In this document: piece after piece, positions 9,628 through 19,436 of the stretch
Numbering within the stretch: position 1 is the first letter of the stretch
Layout: each line of letters opens with the position of its first letter
Source of the DNA: an uncultured Acidobacteriaceae bacterium
GTDB lineage: Bacteria; Acidobacteriota; Terriglobia; Terriglobales; Acidobacteriaceae
Reading direction: 5' to 3'
NCBI GenBank assembly: GCA_963794545.1
Contig: CAWCEH010000007.1
Location: 946,196-1,010,195, forward strand
Length of the DNA stretch: 64,000 nucleotides
Notes under the pieces: generated by a model
Told to the model about the DNA's origin: nothing
What the model saw: only the letters and a program-made list of their open reading frames with translations
The model's database searches: none
Position numbers and translations under genes: made by a program

Positions 9628-10688
9628 AGCCGAACAAATTTTTCATCTTTCTCTTCGTTCTGTTGGCGATCGCGACCGGGTACTACTTCTACTCCACGGA
9701 CCGCACGACGGAGACAGTGCTCATCGGAATCGTGGATGCGAATCAAGTGATCGTGAGTTCCAAAGTCATGGGACGGATCGAGAAGCTTTACGTGGACGAG
9801 GGATCGAAGGTCAAGGCCGGAGACCCCATCGCGGAGATCGATTCCGCTGAGCTTGAGGCCCAGAAGAACGCGGCTGAAGCGATGATTCGCTCGTATGATT
9901 CGCAAGTGTCTTCCATGCGCGCTACGGAGGCGCAGACGCTGGGCGAAACCAACAGCGGCGTGGTGAATGCGCAGGCACGACTGGCTGCGGCCAAAGCCAC
10001 GCTGGTGCAAGCGCAAGCTGACCTGGCCCGGGTTCAGAGCGACTCTCAGCGCATGATTGCTCTGGCCCAGGCGGGTGTTGAATCTGAACAGGATCGGGTA
10101 AGGGCCGACGAGCAGCTCAAAGCGCAAAGGGCCGTAGTGGTGAGCGCGCAGAAAAATGTTGATGCGGCACAGGCGGACCTGAACACCGCCATCGCACGGA
10201 CTCACCAACAGGGTGCGGCGGCCAGCAACGTCGCGGCCAACCAGGCCCAGGTTGCCAATGCGCGCGCGCAACTGGCCGAAGCCGAAACCCGCCTCGGTTA
10301 CACCAAGATCTACGCGCCAGTGAGCGGAACGGTGTCAGTACGGGCTACGCGGCAGGGCGAAGTTGTTAATCCGGGGACGCCGATCGTGACTATCATTGAC
10401 TTCGGTGACACCTGGGTCCGCGCCGAAGCTCCGGAAACGGAAGCGCGCTTCGTGTCGGCTGGCGACAAGCTCCAGGTGCGTTTGCCCGCCGGGAAGCCAA
10501 TCGAAGGCACGGTGATCTTCAAAGCGGTGGAAAGCGACTACGCAACTCAGCGCGACGTCAGCCGGCGCAAGCGCGACATCAAGACCATTGGTCTCAAGCT
10601 GAAGGTTGACAATCCCGACGGTTCTCTCGTTCCTGGAATGACCGCCGAAGTTCTGCTTCCGCAGCAACCGACGAAGGAGGCGCGATGA
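9624..10688 (+). CDS. HlyD-family membrane fusion / periplasmic adaptor protein
   Basis: N-terminal TM helix, long coiled-coil (AQ-rich), lipoyl-like and beta-barrel segments (YTKIYAPVSGTV). ATGA overlap with tetR. Confidence 0.85.
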   Translation: MKPNKFFIFLFVLLAIATGYYFYSTDRTTETVLIGIVDANQVIVSSKVMGRIEKLYVDEGSKVKAGDPIAEIDSAELEAQKNAAEAMIRSYDSQVSSMRATEAQTLGETNSGVVNAQARLAAAKATLVQAQADLARVQSDSQRMIALAQAGVESEQDRVRADEQLKAQRAVVVSAQKNVDAAQADLNTAIARTHQQGAAASNVAANQAQVANARAQLAEAETRLGYTKIYAPVSGTVSVRATRQGEVVNPGTPIVTIIDFGDTWVRAEAPETEARFVSAGDKLQVRLPAGKPIEGTVIFKAVESDYATQRDVSRRKRDIKTIGLKLKVDNPDGSLVPGMTAEVLLPQQPTKEAR

Positions 10689-11737
10689 GCTGGTTCAGTT
10701 CAAAATCGAACGTCAGCGCGGGCTGCGATGTGCCAGCCAGCGGCGATGCCATTGTGGTGGACCACATCACCAAGAAATACGGCGACTTCACCGCGGTGGA
10801 TGATGTTTCGTTCAACGTGCACCAAGGCGAAATCTTTGGACTGCTGGGGCCGAATGGCGCCGGCAAGTCTACGCTAATCCGCATGATGACTACACTGCTG
10901 CCGCTGACCAGCGGGCGGGCGCTAATCAACGGGTTCGATGTCGCCAAAGAACCGGACTCAGCGCGCCACTGCATGGGGGTAATCCCGCAGGCGCTGACCA
11001 GCGACATCGATCTTACGGTGGAAGAAAATCTCAGCATCTACGCCAAGCTTTATGGTGTTCCTGCCGAACAGCGTAAGCACAATATCGACGACCTGCTGAA
11101 AACAGTGGACCTTCTGAAGTGGCGAAATGCGCAGACCAAGACGCTCTCTGGAGGTATGCGCCGCCGGCTGGAGATCGCGCGGGGATTGGTACACAGTCCG
11201 AAAATATTCTTCCTGGATGAGCCCACAACAGGTCTCGATCCGGTGTCGCGCGTAGCGGTATGGGAGATGCTGACCGAGGTCAAGAACCGGCGCGCGCTGA
11301 CGATTCTCATCACGACGCACTATATGGACGAAGCGGACCGGCTCTGCGATCGTCTGGCGATCGTGGACCACGGCAAGCTAGTGGCGCTGGATTCTCCGAT
11401 GGCACTGAAAGCGAGCGTGCCCGGAACCAATGTGATTGAAGCTCAGTTCCTCAACGCGCCGGCGGAGTGGCATGAGGAATTAGGGAAGCTCGAGGATGTC
11501 ACCTCGGTACAGCCGGTGGGGGCCGACATGTACCGCATTCTCAGCAGCAATGGTTCCAAGACGACCACGGAACTGGTGGAACTTGCGGTGCGCTCCAACG
11601 TGCAGATCAAGTCGCTCTCCGTTCAGAACACTACGTTAGACGACGTTTTCGTCCACTATACGGGGCGGCAACTGCGCGATGAGCAGGTGAAGGCCTACAA
11701 CTTTGTGATGCCAGATCGCCCGGGGATGCGGCCATGA
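10685..11737 (+). CDS. ABC transporter ATP-binding protein (DrrA-like)
   Basis: Walker A GPNGAGKST, signature LSGGMRRRL, Walker B FFLDEPT. Confidence 0.9.
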   Translation: MSWFSSKSNVSAGCDVPASGDAIVVDHITKKYGDFTAVDDVSFNVHQGEIFGLLGPNGAGKSTLIRMMTTLLPLTSGRALINGFDVAKEPDSARHCMGVIPQALTSDIDLTVEENLSIYAKLYGVPAEQRKHNIDDLLKTVDLLKWRNAQTKTLSGGMRRRLEIARGLVHSPKIFFLDEPTTGLDPVSRVAVWEMLTEVKNRRALTILITTHYMDEADRLCDRLAIVDHGKLVALDSPMALKASVPGTNVIEAQFLNAPAEWHEELGKLEDVTSVQPVGADMYRILSSNGSKTTTELVELAVRSNVQIKSLSVQNTTLDDVFVHYTGRQLRDEQVKAYNFVMPDRPGMRP

Positions 11738-12849
11738 ACAGGATGTGGGCGATCGTCGAGCGCGAGCTACGGAAATTCTTCCGCTCGCCCGCGCTGATGT
11801 TGGTGGCCATGGTCTTCCCCTTGGTGCAGCTCATCGTGCTGGGTAATGCATTCGGCGGAAAGATCAAAGAGGCGCGACTGGGGGTAGTCGATCAGGACCA
11901 CGGTACGCAGGCGGTGAAGGTTCGCGAAGCGTTGGCGGCGGTACAGTCCAATGCGCGCACCTTTGTTCCGGTGCCCTACGACAGCGACAAGCAGGCGATG
12001 GAAGACGTGCGCACTGGAAAACTCGACGGCGCCATCATTATTCCACCGGAGTACTCGCGCCGTGTGTATGAGGAGAACCATCCGCGGATTGCGCTGGTGG
12101 TGGACAATACCGACAACTTCATGAGCTCAACGCTGGAGCAGGAATTCACCGATTTGACCAAGGCGCTGAATAATCCCGATGTCGAGCCATCGCGCATTCT
12201 GCAACAGATCACGCTCGACACGGTGGAACTGTATCCCTACATCGAGTACATGAAATATCTGCTGCCCGGGTCGATCGCACTGGCCATGTTCGTCTCGGTC
12301 ATGATCGGCGGCGGCATGTTGTACATCGACGATAAGGCGCGCGGGGTACACGAAGGTTATCTGGTAACGCCGATTACCAAGTTCGAACTGGTTGCCGGAC
12401 TGAATGTTGCGGGTGCGCTCAAGGCGATCATGGCGGGCATAGTGATCACGGTGCTGGGATCGCTGCTCGCGGGATTGGGGACTGTCTTCAAGCCGCAAAA
12501 CATGCTCTACGTTTTTCTGATGGTGGTGGCGACCTCCCTGGCGTTTAACACCATGATGTTCCTGCTGATGGTGCGCGTGGAGGACCCGCTGGTGCCGCGC
12601 GCGATGTTCGGAATTCTCAATACACTGCTGTTTTTCCCCAGCGGCGCGATCTATCCCATCAAAGCGTTTCCTGCATGGCTTCGCGGAATCGCTTATGTCG
12701 ATCCCTTTACCTACTCGGTGCACGGTTTTAAGGCAATCCTGTTGAAGGATGCGGGCTTCGCTGCGATCCGCACTGACCTGCTGTACCTGACGGTCGCGGC
12801 CGCCATCATGATCACGATTGCCACCATGCTGTTCAAGCGAACGCTGTAG
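11734..12849 (+). CDS. ABC-2 type transporter permease
   Basis: Overlaps the ATPase gene by 4 nt. One N-terminal TM helix, a large periplasmic loop and five C-terminal TM helices. Confidence 0.85.
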   Translation: MNRMWAIVERELRKFFRSPALMLVAMVFPLVQLIVLGNAFGGKIKEARLGVVDQDHGTQAVKVREALAAVQSNARTFVPVPYDSDKQAMEDVRTGKLDGAIIIPPEYSRRVYEENHPRIALVVDNTDNFMSSTLEQEFTDLTKALNNPDVEPSRILQQITLDTVELYPYIEYMKYLLPGSIALAMFVSVMIGGGMLYIDDKARGVHEGYLVTPITKFELVAGLNVAGALKAIMAGIVITVLGSLLAGLGTVFKPQNMLYVFLMVVATSLAFNTMMFLLMVRVEDPLVPRAMFGILNTLLFFPSGAIYPIKAFPAWLRGIAYVDPFTYSVHGFKAILLKDAGFAAIRTDLLYLTVAAAIMITIATMLFKRTL

Positions 12850-12977
12850 CCGCCGCACAAAAACATTCCAAGCCGCGGCAAACTCTCGTCGACCGCAGGC
12901 ATCTTCATTATTCGAGGTGCCCTGTTACATTCTATCGGGCAAATTACACAACGATATTTCCATCTTAGGAGGACGGC

Positions 12978-13250
12978 ATGAAGAGTTTTCTGATTGGCTT
13001 GGGGCTGGGAGTTGGCCTCGGCATTCTATTTGCCCCAATGAGCGGAGAAGAGACCCGCAACAACCTATCTGATCGCGCCAACGATCTGGCGAGTTCGGCG
13101 CGGGAGACGTACGAGCAGAATCGGGATCGCGTGCAACGTGGAGTGCGGTCCATTCGCGGTAGGGCAGAGCGAGCCATGGGCAAGGTTCGTTCCACCACCA
13201 ACGAAGTCACCTACCCCACGGGCACGGAGAGCAGCGTACCTGGCGTGTAA
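12978..13250 (+). CDS. YtxH domain-containing protein
   Basis: GGAGG Shine-Dalgarno. N-terminal GLGLGVGLGILFAPMSGEETR followed by a helical charged region. Confidence 0.7.
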   Translation: MKSFLIGLGLGVGLGILFAPMSGEETRNNLSDRANDLASSARETYEQNRDRVQRGVRSIRGRAERAMGKVRSTTNEVTYPTGTESSVPGV

Positions 13251-13291
13251 GCGATTCGCACTGAACTGACGTGCAACATTGCAAGCATACG

Positions 13292-13328
13292 AAATGGGCA
13301 GCTGAGCCTCATCTCTGCCCATTTTTTC
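13292..13328 (+). terminator. rho-independent terminator after the ytxH-like gene
   Basis: Stem AAATGGGCAG / CTGCCCATTT followed by a T6 run. Confidence 0.6.
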
Positions 13329-13404
13329 CTGTTGCCATCAGGGGACGTGTGAGAGCGCGTGACCCCGCCCCCTCGAACGGTTAACCAGAACTGAGGAAGC
13401 TACT

Positions 13405-14187
13405 TTATGGCGCGAGATTGTATAGTTCCCTCTCAATTTCGGTCATCGCAATAAGCACGCCTAGAATCACGACGCTCAGCCAGTACCCTGTCCTAAGGTG
13501 CGCCGAGCAAAGCAGCAGAGAGAATCCAACCAGGGCCATCGAAAGGCCAAGCAAATAGCAGTGACTCGCAAGACTCGCCATGTGAAAGTGATATGGAACA
13601 TTGTTGAGCCTCTGCCAACCTCCAGCCGTGTCGTATAGCTCCACAGAAAGCACGAGGAACAATAGCGATCCCGCACCAAGAAGCAGACCCGACAAAGTGA
13701 GAGCACGAGAGAGTATGGCTTGCCATGCAGGGATGAAGAAAATCGCGATGTAGAGTACGAACCAGGCTACGAGAAGCGCCCGGTGGCCAATGCGAAGATT
13801 GTGTTCCTTCTTTTCTCGTTCAACATCTGACTTTCTATTTGTACTTTGCCACGCTACTGACTCCCATCGCGCTGCGCTAATCTTTCGCTGTTCCCGCAAA
13901 GCCAGGTACGGCAGCAAAGTGCCCAGAAGTCCAGTGATCAGCACCTCCCAGGTGGCGGGCATCACCGAGCTTAGAACATCTTTATCGGCTGCTGCCAGTG
14001 CGGCCAAAAGTGCAAGCAGAAAAGCGAGAAAAATCCCGGCAACGGCGGCGCTTGCTCGCGCTTTCTCCCGGATTTCTTTCGCGTTTAGATTAGGCTGCGG
14101 GTACGGTAAGCGAAGGCGGGGATAAAGAAAATCGTGGAACCGGTAGCCGACCAACAAACACAGCAGTTTTAGCAGGAATGACAGCAT
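13405..14187 (-). CDS. hypothetical integral membrane protein
   Basis: ATG at 14187 preceded by GGGAGG. Several TM helices flank a charged central segment. No recognisable family. Confidence 0.55.
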   Translation of the reverse strand: MLSFLLKLLCLLVGYRFHDFLYPRLRLPYPQPNLNAKEIREKARASAAVAGIFLAFLLALLAALAAADKDVLSSVMPATWEVLITGLLGTLLPYLALREQRKISAARWESVAWQSTNRKSDVEREKKEHNLRIGHRALLVAWFVLYIAIFFIPAWQAILSRALTLSGLLLGAGSLLFLVLSVELYDTAGGWQRLNNVPYHFHMASLASHCYLLGLSMALVGFSLLLCSAHLRTGYWLSVVILGVLIAMTEIERELYNLAP

Positions 14188-14294
14188 AAGCACCTCCCGG
14201 GATAGTCGCGGCCGAGACGAGGCGCATGGATTATAGATGAATCTCAAGCCGGGTGTTCGGAAATCGTTAAGCTCTGCTACGCTTAGAGGCTACC

Positions 14295-14795
14295 ATGCAC
14301 TGTTTCGCTTATGGTTCGAACATGTGTACGGGCCGCCTGAGACATCGAAGGATTTACTCGGCCAAACCCAAATGTGTCGGGTATATATCTCAGTATTCGT
14401 TTCGTTTTCATAAGCGTGGTATGGACCGGTCAGGCAAAGGAGATGCGTTTTTTACAGGATCTCCTAAAGATATTGTGTGGGGCGTCGTCTTCCAGATTAG
14501 CTCCGAGGAGGAAGCGACGCTAGATGCCGAAGAAGGCCTGGGCCGTGGTTATCGCAAAGTCGAGATTACCGTCGTAGACCGGAACGGGGTTCGCCATCCG
14601 GCGCTCATGTATGCAGCTGAGGAAAGCCATATCAGTCCGTACTTGCGGCCCTACTCCTGGTACAAGCGTTTCGTGATTGAGGGTGCCCGCCAACACGACC
14701 TTCCGGCAGAGTACATTTCACTAATTGAGGCGATGCCAGCAATCGAAGATCAAGATCGGGCCCGAGATGCAAGGGAACGTGCCATCTTGTGCTGA
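14295..14795 (+). CDS. gamma-glutamylcyclotransferase (AIG2/GGCT-like) family protein
   Basis: N-terminal FAYGSNM motif and size typical of GGCT-like proteins. Confidence 0.7.
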   Translation: MHCFAYGSNMCTGRLRHRRIYSAKPKCVGYISQYSFRFHKRGMDRSGKGDAFFTGSPKDIVWGVVFQISSEEEATLDAEEGLGRGYRKVEITVVDRNGVRHPALMYAAEESHISPYLRPYSWYKRFVIEGARQHDLPAEYISLIEAMPAIEDQDRARDARERAILC

Positions 14796-14973
14796 TCTAC
14801 GGATGAAACTCTGATGCTGATTCCTGAGCCCACATTCGAGCGCCGGAATTGCATTCTCGAGAGCTCTTGGATTATCAGATGAGTCACTGCGCGGCTTCAC
14901 AGGGACAGGGACAAGCACCCCGTTCAGCGATCTCTTCACATATAATCTGGACGGCAAAGGCCGGCCCTACGGT

Positions 14974-16659
14974 ATGGTGGACACTACCACATCTTCGACA
15001 GTATGGAGCTCTACTGCCTACAACGTAGCCGATCAACCGACCACCGTTACTCCGGTGGCCGGGGACGGAGAAGGCTTTCAATACGACGTACATTCTGGCC
15101 GGATGACCCAGTGGGCATCGACCGCGGGCAGCAACACGCAAACCGGCAATCTGATCTGGAATGCCAACGGGACGCTGCAAAGCTTGGTGATCTCCGACAA
15201 TTCAGACTCGCAGAACAATCAGATGTGCACCTATGGCTATGACGACCTGGAGCGGCTGCTGAGCGCCAATTGTGGCACCTCGTGGTCGCAGACGTTTTCC
15301 TACGATCAGTTCGGCAATATCTGGAAATATGGCAGTTCGACATTCAATCAAGGCTACGGGAGCGGCAACCGGGTCACTGGCTTCAGCTACGATGGCATGA
15401 GTAATGTGACCAACGATGGGGCCAATAGCTATACCTACGATGCGGAAGGACGGCCGATAAATTCCGTCGCTACGGCCACGTTTGATCCGTTCCTTCGGGA
15501 GACCGAGCTCGGTTATCAAGGCCCCCTTGGAGGTTGGACCTATCAAGAAACAGTATATGCCCCCGACGGGACGAAGTTTGCCATCATGAATGGCACGATC
15601 CTCAACAAGTACATGGTTCCGATGGCGGCGGGCATGGCAGCAGTGCACCCGTCTACAGGTTCTGGATATTTCCAACATGCGGACTGGCTGGGATCGTCGC
15701 GTTTTGGTTCCACCGGTAGTGGAACTGTGGCCTATGACCGTGCGTACGCGCCGTTCGGGAAAGTCTATGCCGAAACCGCATTTACAAATCGCAATTTTAC
15801 CGGGCAAACGCAGGACACGACTTCGGGGCTATACGACTTCCTCTTCCGCCAGCAAAGTACTGCCCAGGGACGCTGGCTGGTGCCCGATCCGGCGGGGTTG
15901 GCCGCCGTGGACCTCACCAACCCCCAGACCTGGAACCGGTATGCCTACCTCGCCAACTACCCGTTAAACAATATCGACCCGCTGGGACTGTACAAGGGCA
16001 AATGCGGCGATGAGGAGAAGCTTCTGGGTTGCTTGTGGGGCGGTTACACCGACGCGGGAGCGATGATGACTTGGGGATCGGGCTCCCTCGCGCCAACGCT
16101 TTATTGGAATGACGGGTGGCATTGTTGCCAGGGTGGAGGTATTGGCGCGGGGTTCTCGTTTTTTCCCGGTGGTGGCGGCGGCATCTTTTACATCAACTTC
16201 AAAACATTTCGGCTAGGGAGACCCGCGACTTTCCCACATAATGGGCCCGTTGCCCCAAATAATGGGCAGTGCACGGGCGTTGCCCGCGGCCTCGCGGGCG
16301 CAACCAACCTTGTGGGCCACCAAGGTGGGATTCCTGGGCAGACGGTCCAACTAGGCACGGCCGCCGTGATTCCTCAACAGTTTGGGTTTCCGAGCGGCGC
16401 TGCCCTCGCTCCATATGCCCCCTATATCTCTGGCACAGTTGGGAACGCATCGTTTTCCGGAGTAACCGATGTGATAGGAGGAAAGTCGCCATTTCCACCT
16501 ATCCCGGTGCGCACAGCATTGCAACTACTTAACCCAGGGAAGGTGATCATCGAGATACCTGGCGCGGGAGACCAAGGTTTGGGAAATGCGCCGTACACAA
16601 TTTTTGTTCCGCAAGGTATGGGATGTCCAACTGGAAATCTCGTCGGGGGAGGCGGTTAG
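14974..16659 (+). CDS. RHS repeat-associated core protein, 5'-truncated, with an unrecognised Gly-rich C-terminal (toxin) domain
   Basis: YD repeats (FSYDQFGNI, YTYDAEGRP). Core end GRWLVPDP...NRYAYLANYPLNNIDPLGL, followed by about 225 aa of unrelated sequence. The frame is open from 14821 with YD-like sequence but no start codon before 14974. Confidence 0.8.
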   Translation: MVDTTTSSTVWSSTAYNVADQPTTVTPVAGDGEGFQYDVHSGRMTQWASTAGSNTQTGNLIWNANGTLQSLVISDNSDSQNNQMCTYGYDDLERLLSANCGTSWSQTFSYDQFGNIWKYGSSTFNQGYGSGNRVTGFSYDGMSNVTNDGANSYTYDAEGRPINSVATATFDPFLRETELGYQGPLGGWTYQETVYAPDGTKFAIMNGTILNKYMVPMAAGMAAVHPSTGSGYFQHADWLGSSRFGSTGSGTVAYDRAYAPFGKVYAETAFTNRNFTGQTQDTTSGLYDFLFRQQSTAQGRWLVPDPAGLAAVDLTNPQTWNRYAYLANYPLNNIDPLGLYKGKCGDEEKLLGCLWGGYTDAGAMMTWGSGSLAPTLYWNDGWHCCQGGGIGAGFSFFPGGGGGIFYINFKTFRLGRPATFPHNGPVAPNNGQCTGVARGLAGATNLVGHQGGIPGQTVQLGTAAVIPQQFGFPSGAALAPYAPYISGTVGNASFSGVTDVIGGKSPFPPIPVRTALQLLNPGKVIIEIPGAGDQGLGNAPYTIFVPQGMGCPTGNLVGGGG

Positions 16660-16661
16660 AC

Positions 16662-17279
16662 ATGCGGTCAATTGCGCGATATGCCTGGATCTTAAATATG
16701 TTGTGCGTTGTGGGTTACTGTTCGGAGGCCAAGTCTTACCCTGTTGTCAAGCCCGTGCAGCAGACATTTGATGTCCCCGATGTGAGTAAGGCAAATGTCG
16801 CACTTAACATTAGGTCAATAGATGACTCTCCCGTTTACAAGCTCCAGTGCCATTCGGCTGGATTCACAGGTGATCCTGATTTTGACTACAGTGGTGACTT
16901 TGAATGCCGCCTAAGCTCTATTGGGAACCAGGATGCGTATAGCACGCTGCTGACTGAGGACAGCGAACAGAGCAGAGACTGGGAAAGCAGAGGACGCTTC
17001 TTTGCAGGAGACCTTCGCAATCCGTGCGCAAATATCCCGCAATTCGGTGCGACTAGGAGCTTTGAACTTCGTGGCATGGATCTCACTCTGCAGATTAGTC
17101 ATCCTGTCTTTACGGAGCATGGTAACTTAGGATCCCTGAAGCTCACAGTAAAGGTAAGTCCGAATCCCAACGCTCGACGCCAAATTACTGAGATCGTCCC
17201 GCTGCCGAAAGGGACACCGCCTCAGTGCAGATTGAACGAATATTTCGTCGATCCGGCAACGTTTTCAAAGAAACGGTAG
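16662..17279 (+). CDS. signal-peptide protein downstream of the Rhs C-terminal domain (candidate immunity protein)
   Basis: ATG 3 nt after the Rhs stop, with GGAGG upstream. N-terminal hydrophobic signal (ARYAWILNMLCVVGYCSEA). Visibly lower GC. Position typical of cognate immunity genes. Confidence 0.5.
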   Translation: MRSIARYAWILNMLCVVGYCSEAKSYPVVKPVQQTFDVPDVSKANVALNIRSIDDSPVYKLQCHSAGFTGDPDFDYSGDFECRLSSIGNQDAYSTLLTEDSEQSRDWESRGRFFAGDLRNPCANIPQFGATRSFELRGMDLTLQISHPVFTEHGNLGSLKLTVKVSPNPNARRQITEIVPLPKGTPPQCRLNEYFVDPATFSKKR

Positions 17280-17296
17280 CAGCATTTGAGAGGACG

Positions 17297-17535
17297 GGGC
17301 GGGTGGCCCATCCTTTCCAGGTGAACCTTTCCAACTTGGGGTGCCCCATCCTTCTCGCCCGCCTTTGGCGAGAGGGTGGGCGCGAAGCTCGGTATGGAAC
17401 CGGCCCTTCACGTACGACCAATGGGGTAATATCAACAAGTCCGGGCGGGTGGCCCACCCTTTCCGCTACGGCTCGCTGCTCCAAAATCGGGGGTGCCCCA
17501 TCCTTCTCGCCTGCTTTTGGCGAGAGGGTGGGCGC
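17297..17535. repeat. two direct copies (17297-17383, 17443-17535) of a REP-like element with an internal hairpin
   Basis: Both copies read GGGCGGGTGGCCCA(T/C)CCTTTCC...GGGGTGCCCCATCCTTCTCGCC...GGCGAGAGGGTGGGCGC. The hairpin is CCATCCTTCTCGCC / GGCGAGAGGGTGG. The same GGGCGGGTG(G/C)CCCACCC motif recurs at 55503 and 55557. Confidence 0.7.
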
Positions 17536-18128
17536 AGTACAATCATGTCGTAAATGGTTTCTTCCACGACACCCAATTCGATATTGCTGCCGGTCACTAC
17601 AACCTGAAGGTTGTGTTCAACCCTGAAGGCGCCGACACTTTCGGAAAACTGGAGACGCCTCTGGTGATTGACCCGTATGACGGCAAACACTTCACCTTGA
17701 GTGCGGTGGCGCTGAGCAAGGAGATGCACCCGGTTTCGCAGATGGGATCGAGTCTGGATGCCGCGCTGCTCGAAGATCGCACCCTGTTAGTGACCCAGGG
17801 ATTGCAGCTCATCCCTTCAGGGAGCGACCAATTCAAGAAGGGCGATCGCGCCGGGTTCTACGTAGAAATCTATGACCCACTTCTCGCCGGCTCCAATCCT
17901 CCCAAGGTTGGGATCCAGATGAGGGTCATTGACCGCAAGACTGGTGAAAAGAAGATCGACAGTGGAGGCCCAGCCGCTGATGCAAAACCTGGGAATGCGC
18001 TTGTTCCGCTCGGGCTGAGGCTGCCGGTGGCCGATCTTCCGCCAGGATCGTATCGTCTTGAGCTAAAGGCGGTGGATTCCGCCGGCAACGTCTCGCAGCC
18101 GCGCACGGCGGACTTTGAAGTCCAGTAG
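17535..18128 (+). pseudogene. C-terminal remnant of a secreted multi-domain protein (resembles the C-terminal modules of acidobacterial VWFA-related proteins)
   Basis: The ORF N-terminus is encoded by the REP copy. The remaining ~195 aa (GHYNLKVVF...PPGSYRLELKAVDSAGNVSQPRTADFEVQ) look like Ig-like terminal modules with no upstream catalytic or VWA part. Confidence 0.4.
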
Positions 18129-18311
18129 CGGGTGGTGAGTGTCAATTCGGGCCACCCGTGCTGCCAATGACGCCTCCCGAGAAAACATTTTCTGCTATGC
18201 GAGGTGAGGCAAGTTGGTGTAAGGTATGTGTCATTTTTCGCACATCGGAAAGGAGGACCCGATCACGACGAGAGGTACTGCCTTCGCTCTCGCCCTTGGG
18301 GAAACACAACC

Positions 18312-19400
18312 ATGGCACACCTGATATTTACTGATGTCCCAGGAAACTGGCGCACCGGACACGACTTTCCCGCTGTTCCTTTAACGCGAGTCAGTTGGGA
18401 CACCGCGCCGGAGACGGCTTTGGCCTATGTGTTCTTCGGACACGTGAACATTGATTATGATGGATCACCCACCGCGTATGGGCCCGACGGCATAAAGCCT
18501 GATCCTGACGATTATCTTACCAACGCAGGCGACGATGCCCAGGGTTGGTATGGCCTTCTGGCGCTCAGTCCCGACGATCCGCTGGTGAAACAGGGCACAG
18601 TCATTCTCGACATGAACCCGGCGCTCAACAAAAAGGGTAAGTACCCCGTGATCCAGCAGGCAGCGAACGGCGACCCGGCTCCGGGCTATTACGTCTCGAC
18701 TACTCCGCACGCGAACGGTCCTGCTTATCTGCAGAGCAGCTACATTGACGCATCGCAGATTGCATTCGGAGCCCTGGCTGGCAAGTTCGCCTCGCTTGGC
18801 GTCAACCTCGGCGATTATGGTCTGGCCATCCGCCACGACAAGAACCTGCAGAGCGGCTTTTACTTCCTTGACAAGGGTGGCAACACCTACGCCCTCGGTG
18901 AGTGCTCGAAAAAGGTAGGAACCAACCTGGGGGGCAGCGGGCGGGGCGACTACTTCAACAACAACTTTCCGACAAGTTTCATCGTCTTCCCCGGCTCAGG
19001 AACCGAGGATCCCACTGCCGTGCCGGCGATCGGCGATGCCGCCATCCAGACGGCCTTGATGCCTCTACTGGACAGCCTCGTTAGTGCGGACAATGCCAGG
19101 GACCTGGTTCTGCTGATGGCCCTCAACGAGACCGCGCCGCCGAACAAGCCACAAGGCACGAGTAAGTTGGCCGCCTACCTGGCGCTAACCAACCCTCCCT
19201 CGCCCAAACACAGCTCCACCATCTTGCAGGGGCTGCAGGCCTTCGGCTTCACGGCACAGCTGGCGTTCTCCGACGACACCTCGGACGACAGCAGTTCGCC
19301 AGATTCGAGTACGCCTGCGGAGGCGGTCGCTATGTCCGATGGAGCCGGTTCCGGCGACGCGAGCGATTCGCCCGAGCCTAGCGAAGGTTCTGGGGATTAA
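18312..19400 (+). CDS. hypothetical protein with NIDYDGSPTAYGP motif (possible GH75 chitosanase-like fold) and an acidic Ser/Asp tail
   Basis: ATG at 18312. IDxDG, then GDYGLAIRHDKNLQSGFYFLDKGGNTYALGECS, parallels my memory of GH75 layout. The last ~45 aa are S/D/P low complexity. Confidence 0.5.
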   Translation: MAHLIFTDVPGNWRTGHDFPAVPLTRVSWDTAPETALAYVFFGHVNIDYDGSPTAYGPDGIKPDPDDYLTNAGDDAQGWYGLLALSPDDPLVKQGTVILDMNPALNKKGKYPVIQQAANGDPAPGYYVSTTPHANGPAYLQSSYIDASQIAFGALAGKFASLGVNLGDYGLAIRHDKNLQSGFYFLDKGGNTYALGECSKKVGTNLGGSGRGDYFNNNFPTSFIVFPGSGTEDPTAVPAIGDAAIQTALMPLLDSLVSADNARDLVLLMALNETAPPNKPQGTSKLAAYLALTNPPSPKHSSTILQGLQAFGFTAQLAFSDDTSDDSSSPDSSTPAEAVAMSDGAGSGDASDSPEPSEGSGD

Positions 19401-19436
19401 CGCCGCGTAGTCCACACTTTTCGCCTAGGTCGGCCA

